From Pseudidiomarina andamanensis (GTDB lineage Bacteria > Pseudomonadota > Gammaproteobacteria > Enterobacterales > Alteromonadaceae): 32,000 nt of DNA. A model generated the notes under the pieces. The model worked only from the letters and a program-made list of their open reading frames with translations. It did no database searches and was not told where the DNA came from. The DNA lies in the NCBI RefSeq assembly GCF_009734345.1, contig NZ_CP032551.1, positions 990,001 through 1,022,000 on the forward strand. Reading direction: 5' to 3'. The position numbers and the translations under genes were made by a program. Shown here in pieces: positions 30,380-32,000 of the stretch. Positions within the stretch are counted from its first letter, which is position 1, and each line of letters opens with the position of its first letter.

Positions 30380-31720
30380 GTGCCCTTATACGCAGTTCAA
30401 TTACCTATTACCGACTCTTTTTCGGCGCTTTTTTGTCGTTGTAAAGATGAGCCTATGGCGCTATTTCTTGATAGCTGTGAGCATGCGGCGGGGCAATGGG
30501 ATTTTATCTTTCGCCAACCACAACTTGTTGTGACTAAGAGTAAAAATTGGCCAAGAGTACTTGAACGCGCTTTACAAACATTGCCTAACTATCAAGGGCC
30601 ACCTCGGTTACCGTTTCAAGGAGGATTAGCCGGCGCTTGGAGCTATGACGCGGGGCGAGCATTAGAAACGTTACCAACCGCAGCGCACGCAGACATCGAA
30701 CTTCCCGAGCTTTGTGTTGGACTCTACACGCAAGCATTAATGCGAGATCGAAAAACTGGGAAAACCTGGCTTCTAGCTCCACAAGAAGAACTCGAGACAT
30801 TAAAAGAATTCTGGTTATCGCCTTCAGTAGCTAAACCAAACCAAGTTCCATTTCAATTGCTGACTTCTTGGCAGAGCAATATGTCAGCGGTCGATTACGC
30901 CGATAATTTTGCCCGTGTTCAAAGTTACTTACGCGCTGGTGATTGCTATCAAATTAATCTCGCCCAACGTTTTACCAGCCTCTACGAGGGCGACACCTGG
31001 CAGGCTTATGAACTGCTCCGTGAGCACAACAATGCGCCTTTCTCAGCATTTATGCAGCTTGAGCAGGGATCATTACTATCGCTGTCTCCAGAGCGTTTTC
31101 TTGCCATTGACGAACTTGGAAATGTTGAAACCAAACCGATCAAAGGAACTCGCCCACGTGCAGCCAATGCTCAAAAAGATCGTCAGTTAGCCGACGAATT
31201 GCAGCACTCAAGTAAAGATCGTGCCGAAAACGTCATGATCGTCGACTTGTTGAGAAATGATTTGAGCCGGCTCTGTCTGCCTCGCTCAGTGAAAGTACCC
31301 AAACTATTTGCGATTGAATCGTATCCAGCGGTTCATCATTTAGTGAGTACCGTTACCGGAAAACTAAGCTCAACCACTCAAAACATTCAATTATTTGCGG
31401 CTTGCTTTCCAGGGGGTTCAATTACAGGCGCACCTAAAATTCGTGCCATGGAAATTATTGATGAACTTGAGCCACACCGCCGCAGCTTTTATTGCGGGAG
31501 TTTTGGATACTTCTCACAGCACGGTCGCGCAGATACAAGCATTGCTATTCGTACTTTAGTGGCGACTCGCTCAGCCGATCAACAAGGTGCTCTGCACTGT
31601 TGGGCCGGCGGAGGTCTTGTTGCTGATTCAGATTGCGCTAGTGAATATCAAGAAACATTCGATAAAGTCGCACGTATTACGCCTGTACTTACGCAGCAAT
31701 TCGGACCACAATCGTCATGA
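30380..31720 (+). CDS. pabB: Aminodeoxychorismate synthase component I
   Basis: Chorismate-binding domain: [63 protein letters not shown] start at 30380 is tentative. Followed by nudL, as in E. coli. Confidence 0.9.
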   Translation: MPLYAVQLPITDSFSALFCRCKDEPMALFLDSCEHAAGQWDFIFRQPQLVVTKSKNWPRVLERALQTLPNYQGPPRLPFQGGLAGAWSYDAGRALETLPTAAHADIELPELCVGLYTQALMRDRKTGKTWLLAPQEELETLKEFWLSPSVAKPNQVPFQLLTSWQSNMSAVDYADNFARVQSYLRAGDCYQINLAQRFTSLYEGDTWQAYELLREHNNAPFSAFMQLEQGSLLSLSPERFLAIDELGNVETKPIKGTRPRAANAQKDRQLADELQHSSKDRAENVMIVDLLRNDLSRLCLPRSVKVPKLFAIESYPAVHHLVSTVTGKLSSTTQNIQLFAACFPGGSITGAPKIRAMEIIDELEPHRRSFYCGSFGYFSQHGRADTSIAIRTLVATRSADQQGALHCWAGGGLVADSDCASEYQETFDKVARITPVLTQQFGPQSS

Positions 31721-32000
31721 CACGCGATGAGTTCTTGCGCCGCTTTCAACTCCACCCTGCACCGTTAATTCAACGCCCGTTGATTAAGCGCTTGCGCCCA
31801 GCAGCAGTGTTAGTACCTCTATTTGAACAAAACGGCGAATTACATGTCATTTTGACACAACGTAGCGCGCAGCTGCGTCATCATGCTGGCCAAATTAGCT
31901 TCCCAGGTGGACGCCAAGAACCGCATGACCCTGATTTATACGCAACAGCCGTGCGTGAAGCCCAAGAGGAAATTGGATTATTACCAGAAGATGTGACGCT
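31717..32000 (+). CDS. nudL: CoA pyrophosphatase-type Nudix hydrolase (3' end outside window)
   Basis: ATG overlaps the pabB stop (ATGA 31717-31720). FLRRFQL...AAVLVPL...[19 protein letters not shown] and Nudix box REAQEEIGL match E. coli NudL/YeaB. Open to the window end, so it is absent from the ORF track. Confidence 0.85.
   Translation, partial: MTRDEFLRRFQLHPAPLIQRPLIKRLRPAAVLVPLFEQNGELHVILTQRSAQLRHHAGQISFPGGRQEPHDPDLYATAVREAQEEIGLLPEDVT

Overview
This window looks like ordinary core chromosome of a marine gammaproteobacterium. The taxon is inferred from gene content and synteny only (Alteromonadales-like) and cannot be verified here. I call 26 protein genes, almost all housekeeping, plus two identical tandem tRNA-Asp(GTC) genes. 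From left to right the genes are:
- tail of an Mce/MlaD-type lipid-transport operon
- small acidic orphan
- Hsp20
- monomeric isocitrate dehydrogenase
- EAL+HDOD signalling protein
- TonB-dependent receptor
- Dcp peptidase
- YkgJ-type Cys-cluster protein
- 2x tRNA-Asp
- dnaQ, divergent from rnhA
- rhodanese
- yafS-like methyltransferase
- gloB
- mltD
- ligA
- zipA
- smc
- cysZ
- orphan periplasmic binding-like protein
- rimO
- rnk
- rmuC
- class I fumarate hydratase
- pabB
- start of nudL

Three blocks reproduce synteny known from E. coli or Pseudomonas: mltD-gloB-yafS-rnhA-dnaQ-tRNA-Asp, ligA-zipA/cysZ (here with smc), and pabB-nudL.

I see no transposase, integrase, phage, CRISPR, toxin-antitoxin or defence-island signature, and no obvious compositional break. 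I therefore cannot support a novel multi-gene system here.

The features most worth a second look are non-coding:
1. A 10-unit heptanucleotide array (CGTTAAT)n abuts the dnaQ start codon, and a 5-unit inverted array abuts the divergent rnhA start codon.
2. An unannotated, leader-like region upstream of rnk contains a promoter, a strong SD, a 21-codon sORF, a GC hairpin abutting its stop, and a second 32-codon sORF.
3. The class I fumarase stop and the rmuC start overlap by 8 nt.

All functional readings of these three are inference.
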